Below are positions 32,278 through 43,243 of a stretch of DNA of 64,000 bases, in pieces. This stretch comes from a virus, in IMG/VR virus record IMGVR_UViG_3300045988_183322, one strand, 5' to 3'. The position numbers and the translations under genes were made by a program. Numbering within the stretch: the first letter of the stretch is position 1; each line of letters opens with the position of its first letter. The notes beneath the pieces were generated by a model. The model was not told the DNA's origin and ran no database searches. It saw only the letters and a list, made by a program, of their open reading frames with translations.

Positions 32278-32943
32278 ATGTTCAATTTTATTGCAGAAAC
32301 GTCAATTCATGACACAATCATTTCCATTGCGAACTTGATTGGGTACATCATTGCTGTAGGGGTTGGAGGCACTGGATATCATTATTTAAATAAATCCAAA
32401 AATAATTCAGAGAAAGAAAAAGGGGTAATAAATGAAATTTCATCTTCTATTATAAAGAATAAAATTATACAGTCTTGCCTAAGAGATTGCAGACAGTCTA
32501 TCGATGCTGACCGCGCTCTGATTTTCTTATATCATAACGGGGAAATATTTGCAAACGGAAATCATCTACTGAAAGTGTCATGCGCTTTTGAAAGCCTTAA
32601 CACGGGAATCACAAGCGTTTCTCCAAACTATCTAAATATCCCATATGTTATATTTAGAAAATGGGATGTAGGAAAAAAAGGAAATCCTTCTGTTTTTCAT
32701 ATAAGTAAAAAAAATGATAATAATGAAGACCCACTTCTTGTTCAAATGCTAATAGAAGGTGGGGTGGAAAGTAAATATACTTTACCATTAGATAATGAGT
32801 TCGGGGCCAATATTGGTTTCATTTCATTCCATTATTTAAGGGAAACAAATTTGAATGAAGATGAAATGAGAACATTAAAAACAATACCTCATAAAATAGC
32901 AAGAGTTTTAAGCTCTTCCGCAATTGAAGAAAAGAAAAAATAA
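32278..32943 (+). CDS. Membrane-anchored protein (single N-terminal TM) directly upstream of the endolysin; possible lysis accessory
   Basis: Hydrophobic segment IANLIGYIIAVGVGGTGY; position in the plus-strand lysis cassette. Confidence 0.3.
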   Translation: MFNFIAETSIHDTIISIANLIGYIIAVGVGGTGYHYLNKSKNNSEKEKGVINEISSSIIKNKIIQSCLRDCRQSIDADRALIFLYHNGEIFANGNHLLKVSCAFESLNTGITSVSPNYLNIPYVIFRKWDVGKKGNPSVFHISKKNDNNEDPLLVQMLIEGGVESKYTLPLDNEFGANIGFISFHYLRETNLNEDEMRTLKTIPHKIARVLSSSAIEEKKK

Positions 32944-32955
32944 TAAGTTGAATAT

Positions 32956-33684
32956 ATGAATTTTACTTATAATGTTAATTGGAAACCAATTCAAAAGAAA
33001 CTTAATATTGATGCTGATGGATATGCAGGTAAAAATACATTAAAGGCATTGAGTAATTATTTTGGTTGTGATGAAAATTGGAAATCTATCCAACTTGCAA
33101 TTGGAACAACAGCAGATGGTATTGCAGGACAAAATACTATTTCAAAAATTATGGAAAAGATGGGGATAGAAACTTTTTCGAACTCTAATATATTGCCGCA
33201 ATCCAAAGTCCGCACAAATAAATCTGTTTATGGAAGAGCAGGGGATGAAAGCAATTTAGTAAATGTTCCTGTTCCAACCAATTATCCTTTAAAGTATGAA
33301 GGAAAACCAGTTAAGACTATTCGAATTCATAAATTAGTAAAGGACAATCTTTCGAAAGCCCTACAAGAGATTGCAGATTATTATGAAAATAAATATGGTT
33401 CAGTTGAGGAAGCCGTAAAAAAGGTTCCGGGAATCTATAATTATTCTGGCTCCTACAATTTTAGAAAAACAACTGCTGGTTCTGTTTATAGCATGCACGC
33501 CTATGGTTTAGCTTTGGACTTTGATGCCGAAAATAATACTTATCATATGAAAAAAGATAAGGCTCGCCTTGCCAGACCAGAATATAAAGAGTTTTTTGAT
33601 ATTTTAGAAAAATATGGATGTTATTCTTTAGGCAGAAGGTCTAATTTGGATTGGATGCACATACAATTTTCAGATTGGAATTAA
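32956..33684 (+). CDS. Endolysin: two PG-binding repeats + M15 (VanY-type) zinc D-Ala-D-Ala carboxypeptidase/L-Ala-D-Glu peptidase domain
   Basis: Repeats DADGYAGKNTLKAL / TADGIAGQNTISKI; catalytic SMHAYGLALD = SxHxxGxAxD. Confidence 0.7.
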   Translation: MNFTYNVNWKPIQKKLNIDADGYAGKNTLKALSNYFGCDENWKSIQLAIGTTADGIAGQNTISKIMEKMGIETFSNSNILPQSKVRTNKSVYGRAGDESNLVNVPVPTNYPLKYEGKPVKTIRIHKLVKDNLSKALQEIADYYENKYGSVEEAVKKVPGIYNYSGSYNFRKTTAGSVYSMHAYGLALDFDAENNTYHMKKDKARLARPEYKEFFDILEKYGCYSLGRRSNLDWMHIQFSDWN

Positions 33685-33756
33685 ACGAGTTATGAATATT
33701 ATGTCATGGCTTGTATTTTTTAATGCACATTCACTAAGGTTTTGCTGTAATATCTC

Positions 33757-35448
33757 TTGATGAAACAAGAGATAAGAAGGCTATTTAAAGGAATACATCA
33801 TCCAAGAACTTTACATAAAATACTCAAGGACAATCCAGAGATAGTTGAGTACGCCAAAAGTGAAATAGAGAAATATTCGTATTATGAAAAAGTCGGATAT
33901 TATATCATATCTATAGCAAACGACATTGAGATAAAAAAGTGCCCTGTTTGTGGAAAAGAATTAAGCTATACTCAATGCATAAAGAATAAAAAGATATTTT
34001 GTAGTAGGTCTTGTTCAGCAACATATCAATTTTCTCATAAAAAAGATGCCTCTAAAAAAAAGCGTAGTACAGTAAAGTTACCTGCTCTTCCTTTATTTCC
34101 AATAAATGAAAAGGTAACATTGAGTAAACTAAGATGCCTGTATGCAGGAGCCGATATTACAAGGCTAAGATATGTAATAGCAAAGAACTCTTCAATCTTA
34201 TGTTTTTGCCAAAAAGCATTAGAAAAACATAAGGAATATCAAACAGAACAAATATTTCTTTACTGCATAATAAATAATCTAAAATTAAAAAAATGTAAGT
34301 TATGTGGAAAAAAGATGAACTATTATAAGTCCTATACTAGGCCAACATTTTATTGTTCATCAAAATGTAGTCACGCATCTTCTTCTTATAAAGAAAAGCA
34401 ACAAAAAAGTCATAACGATAGAAAATACGAAATATTAGTTCAGAGAGCCAGAGAAAAAAATTATGGAGTAATTACTCTTCGAGATGATTATAAGACTTCA
34501 AATCAAATTGAACTAAAGTGCTTAAAATGCAATAAAGTTTTCTCATCTCCATTATTGAATATATACAGAGACATGAGATGCCCATCTTGCGATAAAGTCT
34601 CATCTTTTTCATTCGAGAAAAAAATACGAGGCTTTATCTATTCATTAAACATAGATTTTACTTACAATAAGAAAGTTCTTCCTGATAAAAAAGAATTAGA
34701 TATATTTGTTCCTTCTAGAAATATCGCTATTGAATGCGATGGTCTCTATTGGCATTCATCTAAAAATGGAAAAGATAGAAACTATCATCTAAAGAAAACA
34801 AAACAGTGTGAAGAAAAGGGGATTTTTCTAATCCATATTTTTGAAGACGAATGGAGAGAAAAAAATAAAATTGTCAAGAATCGAATTAAATATATTCTCG
34901 GCAAAGCATCTTATAAGATAGGGGCAAGGGAATGCCGTATATCTCCAATTTCTAATGATGAAAGTAAAAAATTTTTAGATAAATATCATATTCAAGGAAA
35001 TGTATCTTCTCCTGTGAGATATGGATTATTTAAAAGAAACAGGCTAATAGCTGTAATGACTTTTGGCAAAAGCCGCTTCAACAAAAATTATGATTGGGAG
35101 CTTCTTAGATATTGTACTATTCCTAATTTCAATATAATAGGTGGGGCTTCTAAATTATTAAATCATTTTAGAAACCATCATTCTGGTTCTATTATTTCCT
35201 ATGCAGATAAAAGATGGAGCGATGGAAATCTTTATAGAAAACTTGGATTTATAGAATTAAAAGACAGTCAACCAAACTATTTTTATGTCAAAGACATAAG
35301 AAGATTTTCTAGAAATCAGTTTCAAAAGCACAAACTCAAAGATATTCTTAAAAAGTTTGACCCACTAATGACAGAAAAAGAAAATATGCTTGCTAATGGC
35401 TATTCTATTATTTGGGATTGCGGAAATAAAGTGTTTTCTTTAGAATAA
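33757..35448 (+). CDS. Multi-zinc-ribbon protein with C-terminal DUF559/Vsr-like (ECDGxxWH) endonuclease-fold domain; possible homing-endonuclease-like gene
   Basis: Three CxxC...C/CxxC modules (CPVCGKE, CKLCGKK, CLKCNK...CPSCDK) then IAIECDGLYWHSS. Confidence 0.4.
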   Translation: MMKQEIRRLFKGIHHPRTLHKILKDNPEIVEYAKSEIEKYSYYEKVGYYIISIANDIEIKKCPVCGKELSYTQCIKNKKIFCSRSCSATYQFSHKKDASKKKRSTVKLPALPLFPINEKVTLSKLRCLYAGADITRLRYVIAKNSSILCFCQKALEKHKEYQTEQIFLYCIINNLKLKKCKLCGKKMNYYKSYTRPTFYCSSKCSHASSSYKEKQQKSHNDRKYEILVQRAREKNYGVITLRDDYKTSNQIELKCLKCNKVFSSPLLNIYRDMRCPSCDKVSSFSFEKKIRGFIYSLNIDFTYNKKVLPDKKELDIFVPSRNIAIECDGLYWHSSKNGKDRNYHLKKTKQCEEKGIFLIHIFEDEWREKNKIVKNRIKYILGKASYKIGARECRISPISNDESKKFLDKYHIQGNVSSPVRYGLFKRNRLIAVMTFGKSRFNKNYDWELLRYCTIPNFNIIGGASKLLNHFRNHHSGSIISYADKRWSDGNLYRKLGFIELKDSQPNYFYVKDIRRFSRNQFQKHKLKDILKKFDPLMTEKENMLANGYSIIWDCGNKVFSLE

Positions 35449-35498
35449 TGTAGTTCAGTTACTTTCCTATAGCACCTGAAAAGGGGCAGGATTTAACA

Positions 35499-35780
35499 TT
35501 ATCGCGCGGCCTCGCTTTCATCAGAAAGCAGGTTTGCGTCTTTTCTATTTATGTCTGCAACTTCTTTCATGAGATTCATAAGTCTCTGTGAGGGTTCTTG
35601 CGAACTTTGTCTAATAGAACAAAACAGCTTGCTCGGTTCTTTGGAATAAGTCCGCTTGATTTGTTCGCCCGCTACTCCCGCAGGTCTGCTGTACCAAACA
35701 GAGGAGTTCTTCAAGCGGCGTTTTAGCATCTCTTGTCTCAAACTCATTTTAGAATGTTGTCCTAAATCCTTTAACAACAA
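35499..35780 (-). CDS. Small basic protein, anomalously GC-rich gene
   Basis: ORF track; R/K-rich; local GC about 45%. Confidence 0.3.
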   Translation of the reverse strand: MLLKDLGQHSKMSLRQEMLKRRLKNSSVWYSRPAGVAGEQIKRTYSKEPSKLFCSIRQSSQEPSQRLMNLMKEVADINRKDANLLSDESEAAR

Positions 35781-38058
35781 CTGGGTGCTTTAACTGATAA
35801 TAAGGGTCTGCATAAGCAAATGCCCCAATTCTCTTTCCTGTATAAAAATAAGAGTTTGGAGAATTCTCATTTTTCTTAGGAATCTTTTCTTTTGTTTTTG
35901 AATTAAAAGAAGATAAAAATCGAACTTGCCAATCTTTAAGTTTTTCTTCTTTATCGACTGTTCTAACAAATAATCCTTCATATGTACTTCCATCCTCTTG
36001 AACAGCATACAATCTCCATCCTTCTGGAGAAGAACCATCATAAGGCATAGATAAATCGCTAAAACTTATTATGCTATAGCCATTCCATGTATCTTCATGT
36101 TGAGCTGGTTCAGTCGTTTTATAATAGATATCCTCATCATTATCAGAAACACGATTAATTTCCAATCTTATTTTAGACGAAACAACAGAATCGGCAACGG
36201 AAGAATCTTTAACGATAAAATATAATTTTTGCAATTTTAATGTAGACGAACTATTAAAAATATTACCTACCATAATCCACCCATTTTTAAATAAATCAAT
36301 AGAATTATCAGTTAAAGGCCAATCGCCAGAAGCATCTCTAGGCTCTTGTGGAGGTCTAACACCTCGATAAGGATAAGAGTATTGATAAGGATAAAGTCCA
36401 TATGTTTCCACACCGCATGCACTAGCCATCCAAACCTCCCCTCCTAAATCATCTGAAACAGGGATTTTTAGAAATCTATCTTGAGCTTTAGGAGAAACAA
36501 TTTTCGATGTTCTAAATGGAAACCAATTTAGACCGGGATTAGAACCATCTTCATCAATTATATTTAAATAATATTCATCAGAATCTCTATTAAAAACTAC
36601 TGCATCCTCTTGATTAGGAGCAAAAGGCTCGGTAGAAAACTTGGGAAAATGAAATCTTACTTTAACTACGCCTTCTTCTGGAGAAACAATTATTTCGCAA
36701 GAGGCCGAATCAAGAATAGACGTGTATTCCCAATATTCTGTATCTGGTTGACCAACCCATTCGCTAGGAATAATTATTTTCTTTCGAGTACAAATTTGGG
36801 CTTTTTTATAAGTATTATAAATACTTGGCGACCAGCTATTTGGATAGATGATTTCAATATATGAAATTTCGCTATAATTTAATACTTGCGTGCCTTCTAT
36901 AACAAAGAATGGTGCTTCATCCTGTGCTTTAGTATGGACAACAGTATCAGAAGGAACTAAAGCTCCATAATGGACATTTCTTCTATCATTAGCAAATCCT
37001 TCTCCAAAAACTTCCAACAATAGTCCACAATAGCCAGAAGTAATATAATGAGAAACTTTGAATTCCAAAGGAGAAGCCCCCATGTTCATATGTTCGCCAC
37101 CGACAGAAGTATTCACTAGTTCGCCAGCATTATTGAGAGTTAGATAGTATTCATTAAAATAAGTATTGCCAGAATCCGACTTAGCTTGAATAGAGTATGT
37201 TGCGGTTTGCCACATTGCAATAGGAAAACCATCAAAAATTAGCGGCTCTTCTGAATTAACAACAGAAAAAGCGGTATTTTGTTCAATAGCTACTGGGTCC
37301 TCTCCACGAGAGCCAGCTAAAAAATCAATACAACTGACAACCATACATGAAGGTTCCTCTTGCTGAGGGCACATATATCCATAGCCTTTTCTAAAAACAA
37401 TACCTTTTCCAATATTATCATAAGGGACTAAAGTAAAATGATAATCATAATATGGGTCAACTTGAGTGATAGAGAACTGATGAATTTTACTTTCTCCAAA
37501 TGACCAATATGTCATAATATAATGCTCATCATCAATAGGAAAATCAGGCTCATCTTTAGAACCATAGACTTCAATTTTTTGAAGGAATCTCCATCCAGCA
37601 GAAAAATATACATTCATTTGGATTTCTCCCATGATAGGAGATAAATCATATTCAATTTCTGCGCCACAATCGCTTGCCCTTCTTCGGCAATCCTGAACAA
37701 TTACATTAGAGATTTCCGGAGAAGGAATAGTAATCAATGCATTCGCTTCGTCAAAATGAGTATATTCTTCATCCAACGGCATTTTATCCCATAATTTAAC
37801 TAAAACATCAAACTTCCTATCATTCTCTGGATAAATATCCAATTTGGGGTCAATAGTTTGCGCCCTAATTTCTTCATATGGAGAATCTTCATTTGTTCTC
37901 ATATAAAATTGAAGAAATGGAGAATATAAAGAAGCTAAATAATCTGTAGCTTTTACTAATTTTTTACCAGACCTATCTTTTCCTTCAACATACAAAACAG
38001 GATTCCCCTCTACAGAAAATTTATAAGAAACTCTTGGTGCTAAATCAAAACTCTTCAT
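35749..38058 (-). CDS. Large distal tail fibre / receptor-binding protein (by position after the gpJ-like gene)
   Basis: 769 aa, beta-rich; gene order J-like then fibre. Confidence 0.4.
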   Translation of the reverse strand: MKSFDLAPRVSYKFSVEGNPVLYVEGKDRSGKKLVKATDYLASLYSPFLQFYMRTNEDSPYEEIRAQTIDPKLDIYPENDRKFDVLVKLWDKMPLDEEYTHFDEANALITIPSPEISNVIVQDCRRRASDCGAEIEYDLSPIMGEIQMNVYFSAGWRFLQKIEVYGSKDEPDFPIDDEHYIMTYWSFGESKIHQFSITQVDPYYDYHFTLVPYDNIGKGIVFRKGYGYMCPQQEEPSCMVVSCIDFLAGSRGEDPVAIEQNTAFSVVNSEEPLIFDGFPIAMWQTATYSIQAKSDSGNTYFNEYYLTLNNAGELVNTSVGGEHMNMGASPLEFKVSHYITSGYCGLLLEVFGEGFANDRRNVHYGALVPSDTVVHTKAQDEAPFFVIEGTQVLNYSEISYIEIIYPNSWSPSIYNTYKKAQICTRKKIIIPSEWVGQPDTEYWEYTSILDSASCEIIVSPEEGVVKVRFHFPKFSTEPFAPNQEDAVVFNRDSDEYYLNIIDEDGSNPGLNWFPFRTSKIVSPKAQDRFLKIPVSDDLGGEVWMASACGVETYGLYPYQYSYPYRGVRPPQEPRDASGDWPLTDNSIDLFKNGWIMVGNIFNSSSTLKLQKLYFIVKDSSVADSVVSSKIRLEINRVSDNDEDIYYKTTEPAQHEDTWNGYSIISFSDLSMPYDGSSPEGWRLYAVQEDGSTYEGLFVRTVDKEEKLKDWQVRFLSSFNSKTKEKIPKKNENSPNSYFYTGKRIGAFAYADPYYQLKHPVVVKGFRTTF

Positions 38059-38059
38059 C

Positions 38060-41032
38060 TTATCTTCTCCCTTCTGCCTTCAACATAGTTATTTCTGGAC
38101 TTCTTAGAGTCATAGCCTCATCAACAAAATAATGGATAATCGAAGATGGATATCGACTTGCTAAATCATCAGCATTTAATGTCCACATATAAAAATAATA
38201 TTTATCTGATTCGGCACTAAAATAATAAGAAGTATCTCTATCAGCAGAAACTGTAATATCTATAAAAACTTGATTGGCTGAATTTTTGACGATAATCTTA
38301 TAAGCGGAAGCATGTTCTACAGCATCCCAAGTTAAAGTTAATCTTCCTAAATACCCTGTCTCTGGACTATCAAAAGATTCTTTTACAGCAAGATTATCTG
38401 GAGCAGGAAGAATACCCATCATTTTATCATACTCATCATCAGACATATCTTGATAATCCTTATTATAATTTTCGCTATTCGAAGCGTATAAAACTGGGTC
38501 ATTAGAAATTAAAGGAGAGGACTTTAATTTTGCAATAGATTTATAATGATTTTGTAAAGGAGTAGCAAGTTCTTCATACTGTTCTCTAGAAACATATGTT
38601 CCTACAACAGTATAAACACCATTACCTTCATCCCTAATAGTAGATAATCTATAAATTTGAGTAGAATTATCTTTTAAAGAAATAGAAACAACAGAACCTA
38701 TATAAAATCCACTAAAATCTGGACCAACATATTTCTTATGAACATAAAAAATTGTTTCTTCTACCCCAATAACCCATTTATCAGAAACTAATTGAAATAT
38801 GGTTTCTGGTGTAGGTTGTCCAGCTCCCCCCAAGGATTTATTAGGATTACTCCTATAAACTTGTATAATGATTTCTCCGTCGATATCAGCGCGTTCTAAA
38901 TCTAAAACGGTATCTACAGTAAAAGATAAATAATCATCTGCGTCTGGACCATGAATATCAACTAATCGCGCATAATTAACTGTTAAATTTATTAAATCAT
39001 CATCAACCAAAAACAAATCATTTAACTGCAACAATAAAGCATCATATCCTACAGAAAAAGATACTGTTTGGATAGCCTGAGATGATTGGACCAAAAATCT
39101 GTCTCCTATTCTTCGCGCCATCCCTTTAGAGCAACATCCCCAAGCATTCATAGCGACTTTTACGACTCCATTGTCTTTCAAGTCGCTTTCGTTCATTGCA
39201 TATTCAACTTTAGATTTATATAAATCTGTTTCATCATTATAAGTTACTTCAACCAAATTATATCTTTCATCTCTTCTGGACGAAGTATAGATAAATAATC
39301 CATCTACTACATTTCTATTATTAAATAACGCTCTAATTCGCGAATTAGATTCTTTATGAGTTAAAGAAATCTTACCATTATTCCAATAAAGAGAGGCATC
39401 TATTAAACCTAAAATTGAACTAACAACTTCTAACGTTTTCATCCTGTCCTTTAAAGTAGCAGAAAAGGAAAATCTTGGCTCTAGACCACCAAAACCATTA
39501 GAAAACCCAATAAAGTTCCCTTCTTCATCTACCCCATCACAATATTTTGCTACCTCATAAAACGAAAACATATCAATGTCTTCCATTGAAATGAAAGAAC
39601 CGAGGCCATACCTAGAATTAGTCAATAAATCCAAAGTTATCCAAACTGGATTATCTGTCCATCTCTTTACCAAAGAAATATAATCCCATTCGCCAACATA
39701 AACCTGTAATTTTTCTTCTTCTGTTGGCTTATCAATCGCTCTCTTATAACGCCTTCTATCCCTTTTGTGCTCCTTATAAATAGGAATTTTATTTCCCTCT
39801 TCGTCAAGAATAAAATTACCTTTGCTATCTTTTTCGTAACCGATGATTTCATATTCAGTTATCATCGGTTGGTAATTATTAGGGACGAAAACTTTCATTA
39901 GTCTCGCTAGATAAGCACGTTTAGGAACATTGGAAAATGTTCTTGCATCGCTTTTAACAGCCCCTAATGCACATAATGGATATTGCAAGAACATAGGGGA
40001 ATACTCACAAACTTTAGAAAGTGCTACAGTACGTTTAATGAGCGTAGAATAAGTTTCTGGAGTTGTTTTAGCCACCCTTAAAAATTTATAGGAAGTGTCT
40101 TCTCCACTCCAATTCTCCGGGAAAAAATATTTATCCATATTAACACCCGGTCTTCTATTTGAAATGACTCCCTGAAAAACCTTATATGGATTTTCAAAAT
40201 AGTTGTTAGCACCAAAATCAATAAAAACTTGGGATGTCGCCATCCCATACAAAACATAATGCTTTTTACCAGCAACTTCTTCTTTGCCATCTAAAGTAAC
40301 ACGACCCCAAGTTACATCAAATTCACAAAGTGTAGCATAATTGACTCCAGCTTTATATTCTTTGCCTGATATACTTCCCGGAATCCTATTATCTTTTTTA
40401 CTTCTCAAAGAGCCATCTTGACCTCCATCGATAGAACAAGTGTCGAATAATTGTTGTATGCCTATTGTAAAAGAAAAATAAATACAATCCTTATTTTTAA
40501 TTATATATGTTGCAGGGTCAGCAGTTTCATTAATATATTTTGAAGCTGTGTCCCACCATTTAGAGAAATCTTTATTATCATTAGCGGAACGAACGTCAAT
40601 GGAGTTCCATCCTTCTTTAGCTTGCCCATCACTCCTATTGTTAGGGAATAAATGCGGCCCAAATAAAGAACGATTGACATTATATTCCATTGAAGGACGA
40701 TTAAACCCTCTTAATGTGTCTTGATTAGAAAAACCTAATCTAGTATCATAAGCAAATCTTTGAAAATTATAAGAACCAGAAAGGTTCATCATTGGAACCT
40801 CGTCTAAATAAATAGCTTGAGGGATATCTTCTCCAACAACATTTTCCCCTGCTTCGCTAACAAAACCTTCAATGGGGCCTTCTGAAATAACATCAATAGC
40901 TTGGAAAGCCATGTTATTAACAAGAACATCTTCGACAGTATCAGGGTCAGGCGGATTTAATTTTGCTGGTTCCTGTTTGGCTTCACCACCACCACCACCA
41001 CCAATGATTTTTTTTACTTCAAAGTGTTTCAT
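38060..41032 (-). CDS. Lambda gpJ-like tail tip / host-specificity protein
   Basis: N-terminal AIDVISEGPIEGFV matches the gpJ-family signature (lambda VIDAISEGPIEG); 990 aa; FN3-like segment. Confidence 0.65.
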   Translation of the reverse strand: MKHFEVKKIIGGGGGGEAKQEPAKLNPPDPDTVEDVLVNNMAFQAIDVISEGPIEGFVSEAGENVVGEDIPQAIYLDEVPMMNLSGSYNFQRFAYDTRLGFSNQDTLRGFNRPSMEYNVNRSLFGPHLFPNNRSDGQAKEGWNSIDVRSANDNKDFSKWWDTASKYINETADPATYIIKNKDCIYFSFTIGIQQLFDTCSIDGGQDGSLRSKKDNRIPGSISGKEYKAGVNYATLCEFDVTWGRVTLDGKEEVAGKKHYVLYGMATSQVFIDFGANNYFENPYKVFQGVISNRRPGVNMDKYFFPENWSGEDTSYKFLRVAKTTPETYSTLIKRTVALSKVCEYSPMFLQYPLCALGAVKSDARTFSNVPKRAYLARLMKVFVPNNYQPMITEYEIIGYEKDSKGNFILDEEGNKIPIYKEHKRDRRRYKRAIDKPTEEEKLQVYVGEWDYISLVKRWTDNPVWITLDLLTNSRYGLGSFISMEDIDMFSFYEVAKYCDGVDEEGNFIGFSNGFGGLEPRFSFSATLKDRMKTLEVVSSILGLIDASLYWNNGKISLTHKESNSRIRALFNNRNVVDGLFIYTSSRRDERYNLVEVTYNDETDLYKSKVEYAMNESDLKDNGVVKVAMNAWGCCSKGMARRIGDRFLVQSSQAIQTVSFSVGYDALLLQLNDLFLVDDDLINLTVNYARLVDIHGPDADDYLSFTVDTVLDLERADIDGEIIIQVYRSNPNKSLGGAGQPTPETIFQLVSDKWVIGVEETIFYVHKKYVGPDFSGFYIGSVVSISLKDNSTQIYRLSTIRDEGNGVYTVVGTYVSREQYEELATPLQNHYKSIAKLKSSPLISNDPVLYASNSENYNKDYQDMSDDEYDKMMGILPAPDNLAVKESFDSPETGYLGRLTLTWDAVEHASAYKIIVKNSANQVFIDITVSADRDTSYYFSAESDKYYFYMWTLNADDLASRYPSSIIHYFVDEAMTLRSPEITMLKAEGRR

Positions 41033-41643
41033 CTTCCGCTCTCTTGGAGATAATCTTGCACTTCGACGTTTCCCCTTATGGAATTCAAAGAAGCGTAGAT
41101 AGACGTTCCGGGAACTAAAATCATTCCATACCCTAAAGGGACTGGCGTTCCCGAAGGAATACCTTGTTCTAATCCCATATAATTAGATGTCTTATTAGCA
41201 GACGTATCTGATTCTGCGCCTTGGCCGCCACCGCTAGGTTTAGAGAGAAGCGTTCCAATAGCAAGTAATGCGCCGCCAATCATAAGCATTGTCCCTGCTG
41301 ACATTCCTAAAATGGTTGTTGATAATAACGCCGCCGTTAAAGCTCCAGCGGTAAAAATAGCCCCAGCAACCGCTAAAACAGGAACTAAAACCCTAAATAT
41401 TCTTCCAATTCCCGCGCCGCAAATAATAGGAAGAATAATAAATTTCCCATCTTGTTTCATTAAAGTATATTCAAATCCATCTTTAGATAAGCGAATAATT
41501 CTATCTCTAAAACCTCTTAATTTTGAACAAAGCTCTTTTATGATATCTTTAATATCAGTAAAATACGTTTCGTATTTTAAATCATATTCAGTGCCTAAAA
41601 TTCCTTTAAACTCAACGATATACTTTTCCCTGCTCATAGTCAT
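41029..41643 (-). CDS. Tail assembly protein, gpI-like (by position; Gly/Ala-rich hydrophobic C-terminus)
   Basis: Position between K-like and J-like genes; 204 aa. Confidence 0.4.
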   Translation of the reverse strand: MTMSREKYIVEFKGILGTEYDLKYETYFTDIKDIIKELCSKLRGFRDRIIRLSKDGFEYTLMKQDGKFIILPIICGAGIGRIFRVLVPVLAVAGAIFTAGALTAALLSTTILGMSAGTMLMIGGALLAIGTLLSKPSGGGQGAESDTSANKTSNYMGLEQGIPSGTPVPLGYGMILVPGTSIYASLNSIRGNVEVQDYLQESGR

Positions 41644-42058
41644 GAATTATGATACTTTTTAAATCTTTAATTCCTTTTAAATAAGAAGATTTCTTATCTA
41701 AAATCTTGGGTAAAATTAAAGAAAAATTATTATCTCCAGCCCCATAAATAAGATATGGCAGACAAGTATTTCTACAGCCTAAATTATCATAAGCAGAAGG
41801 AGTAGATTCTTTTAAATGGTTATGATAAACAGCTATTATTTTATTTCTTATCAAAAAATCTAAATGGTCGTATGGACTGATTAAAAATGATTCATGCGGC
41901 TTATTGCACTTATTATCGCAAATAGCAACCACAAAACTTTTATGTCTTGGATTATAGCCTAAAAAACCGCAATTTTCAAGTGTGGGCATTTTTAAGCACT
42001 CATTTTCTATTCTTTGAAGGCACTCAGAAAGTGAGTCACAAAAAATTAAATCTTTCAT
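41612..42058 (-). CDS. gpK-like tail protein with JAB/MPN (JAMM) metalloprotease motif
   Basis: HNHLKESTPSAYD approximates HxHx7SxxD; position upstream of the I/J-like genes. Confidence 0.5.
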   Translation of the reverse strand: MKDLIFCDSLSECLQRIENECLKMPTLENCGFLGYNPRHKSFVVAICDNKCNKPHESFLISPYDHLDFLIRNKIIAVYHNHLKESTPSAYDNLGCRNTCLPYLIYGAGDNNFSLILPKILDKKSSYLKGIKDLKSIIIHDYEQGKVYR

Positions 42059-42060
42059 TT

Positions 42061-43221
42061 TTATACATATGTTAATGGGTCAACCCCGGGAAATGCCCCA
42101 AAAGGTAATTGCTTATAAACCTGTTTGTTATCATACAAAGAATATCCTTCTTCGCCAAATCTTAAACAACATCCTGCTTGAGTCTTATCGCAGGAATCAG
42201 GAGACCAGTAATCAGGGTTAATAGCTGGGTCGCGCTTGTTGGAAGAATCATTAGCTTTTATGCAAACATAGAATGTTTTTACTGTTTGGAAATCAAGATT
42301 TATTCCTCCAATATTATATTTTATTTCATCGTTACTTTCTTCATTAAGACAATAAGTTGCAGGAGAAATCAAAAAACATACATCTCCAACTTTATAATTG
42401 CTAGTTGGGTCATATTCTAATATTTGATTGGGCCATTGAGGGATAAGCACTACGTCTTCCTTAATCCCAGTTACTGCATTGACGCTTTTAAACCAATCCC
42501 CATTCTTATCTCTCTTTGGCAAACCTGAATATTGACATCCTTCCCCACGATAAACAAATCCACAATATCTCGCTCCGAATCTTCTGTTTGGAGTATAGCT
42601 TTGTTCTACGTCAAAAACAGAAGTTAATTCTAATTCTACGAAAAATTTATTCTCATTTAACTTTTGAGAAATAACCCAACTTGAATCCTCAATTACAGCA
42701 TATGGATTAGGAACTCCAAACGGATTACCGCCATCAAAATTAATATCATCAATAAATCTTAAGAAAGTTTTTTTTCTATTAATGCGAGCATTCTTCAAAT
42801 CATTATATGAACGCATCATTGTTGATATGAATCTATGCCAAGACATATATCCATACCCTTCTTCATCAACATTAGGGCTTCTGAACTTATTAACAATATT
42901 AGATACTCTTATTTTTGGTCTTGGGAACTTATTTCCAACACTCATTTCGAACCCGTCTGCTTCGCATGGAATTGGAAAGTATTTTTTACCATTATAAATT
43001 AATTCTTTTGTAAAAGAATAGCCCGTCAGTTTGCCATCCTTCTCTGTTTCAATAACCCCGGGGAAAAAACGATAAGTTGATTCTCCATATGTCATTTCAT
43101 ATAGGGTGATAAGAGAAGAAGGTTCAAAAGACAAAAGCTCTTGAACATTTTCTTCATATCCTCGACTGAAAAATTCTCTCTGTTGTTCAGTCAATTGTGG
43201 AACAGTATTAGGCAGAGACAT
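42061..43221 (-). CDS. Minor tail protein (gpL-position)
   Basis: Synteny only. Confidence 0.3.
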   Translation of the reverse strand: MSLPNTVPQLTEQQREFFSRGYEENVQELLSFEPSSLITLYEMTYGESTYRFFPGVIETEKDGKLTGYSFTKELIYNGKKYFPIPCEADGFEMSVGNKFPRPKIRVSNIVNKFRSPNVDEEGYGYMSWHRFISTMMRSYNDLKNARINRKKTFLRFIDDINFDGGNPFGVPNPYAVIEDSSWVISQKLNENKFFVELELTSVFDVEQSYTPNRRFGARYCGFVYRGEGCQYSGLPKRDKNGDWFKSVNAVTGIKEDVVLIPQWPNQILEYDPTSNYKVGDVCFLISPATYCLNEESNDEIKYNIGGINLDFQTVKTFYVCIKANDSSNKRDPAINPDYWSPDSCDKTQAGCCLRFGEEGYSLYDNKQVYKQLPFGAFPGVDPLTYV

Positions 43222-43243
43222 CGGAATTTTTTACACTTGAATC

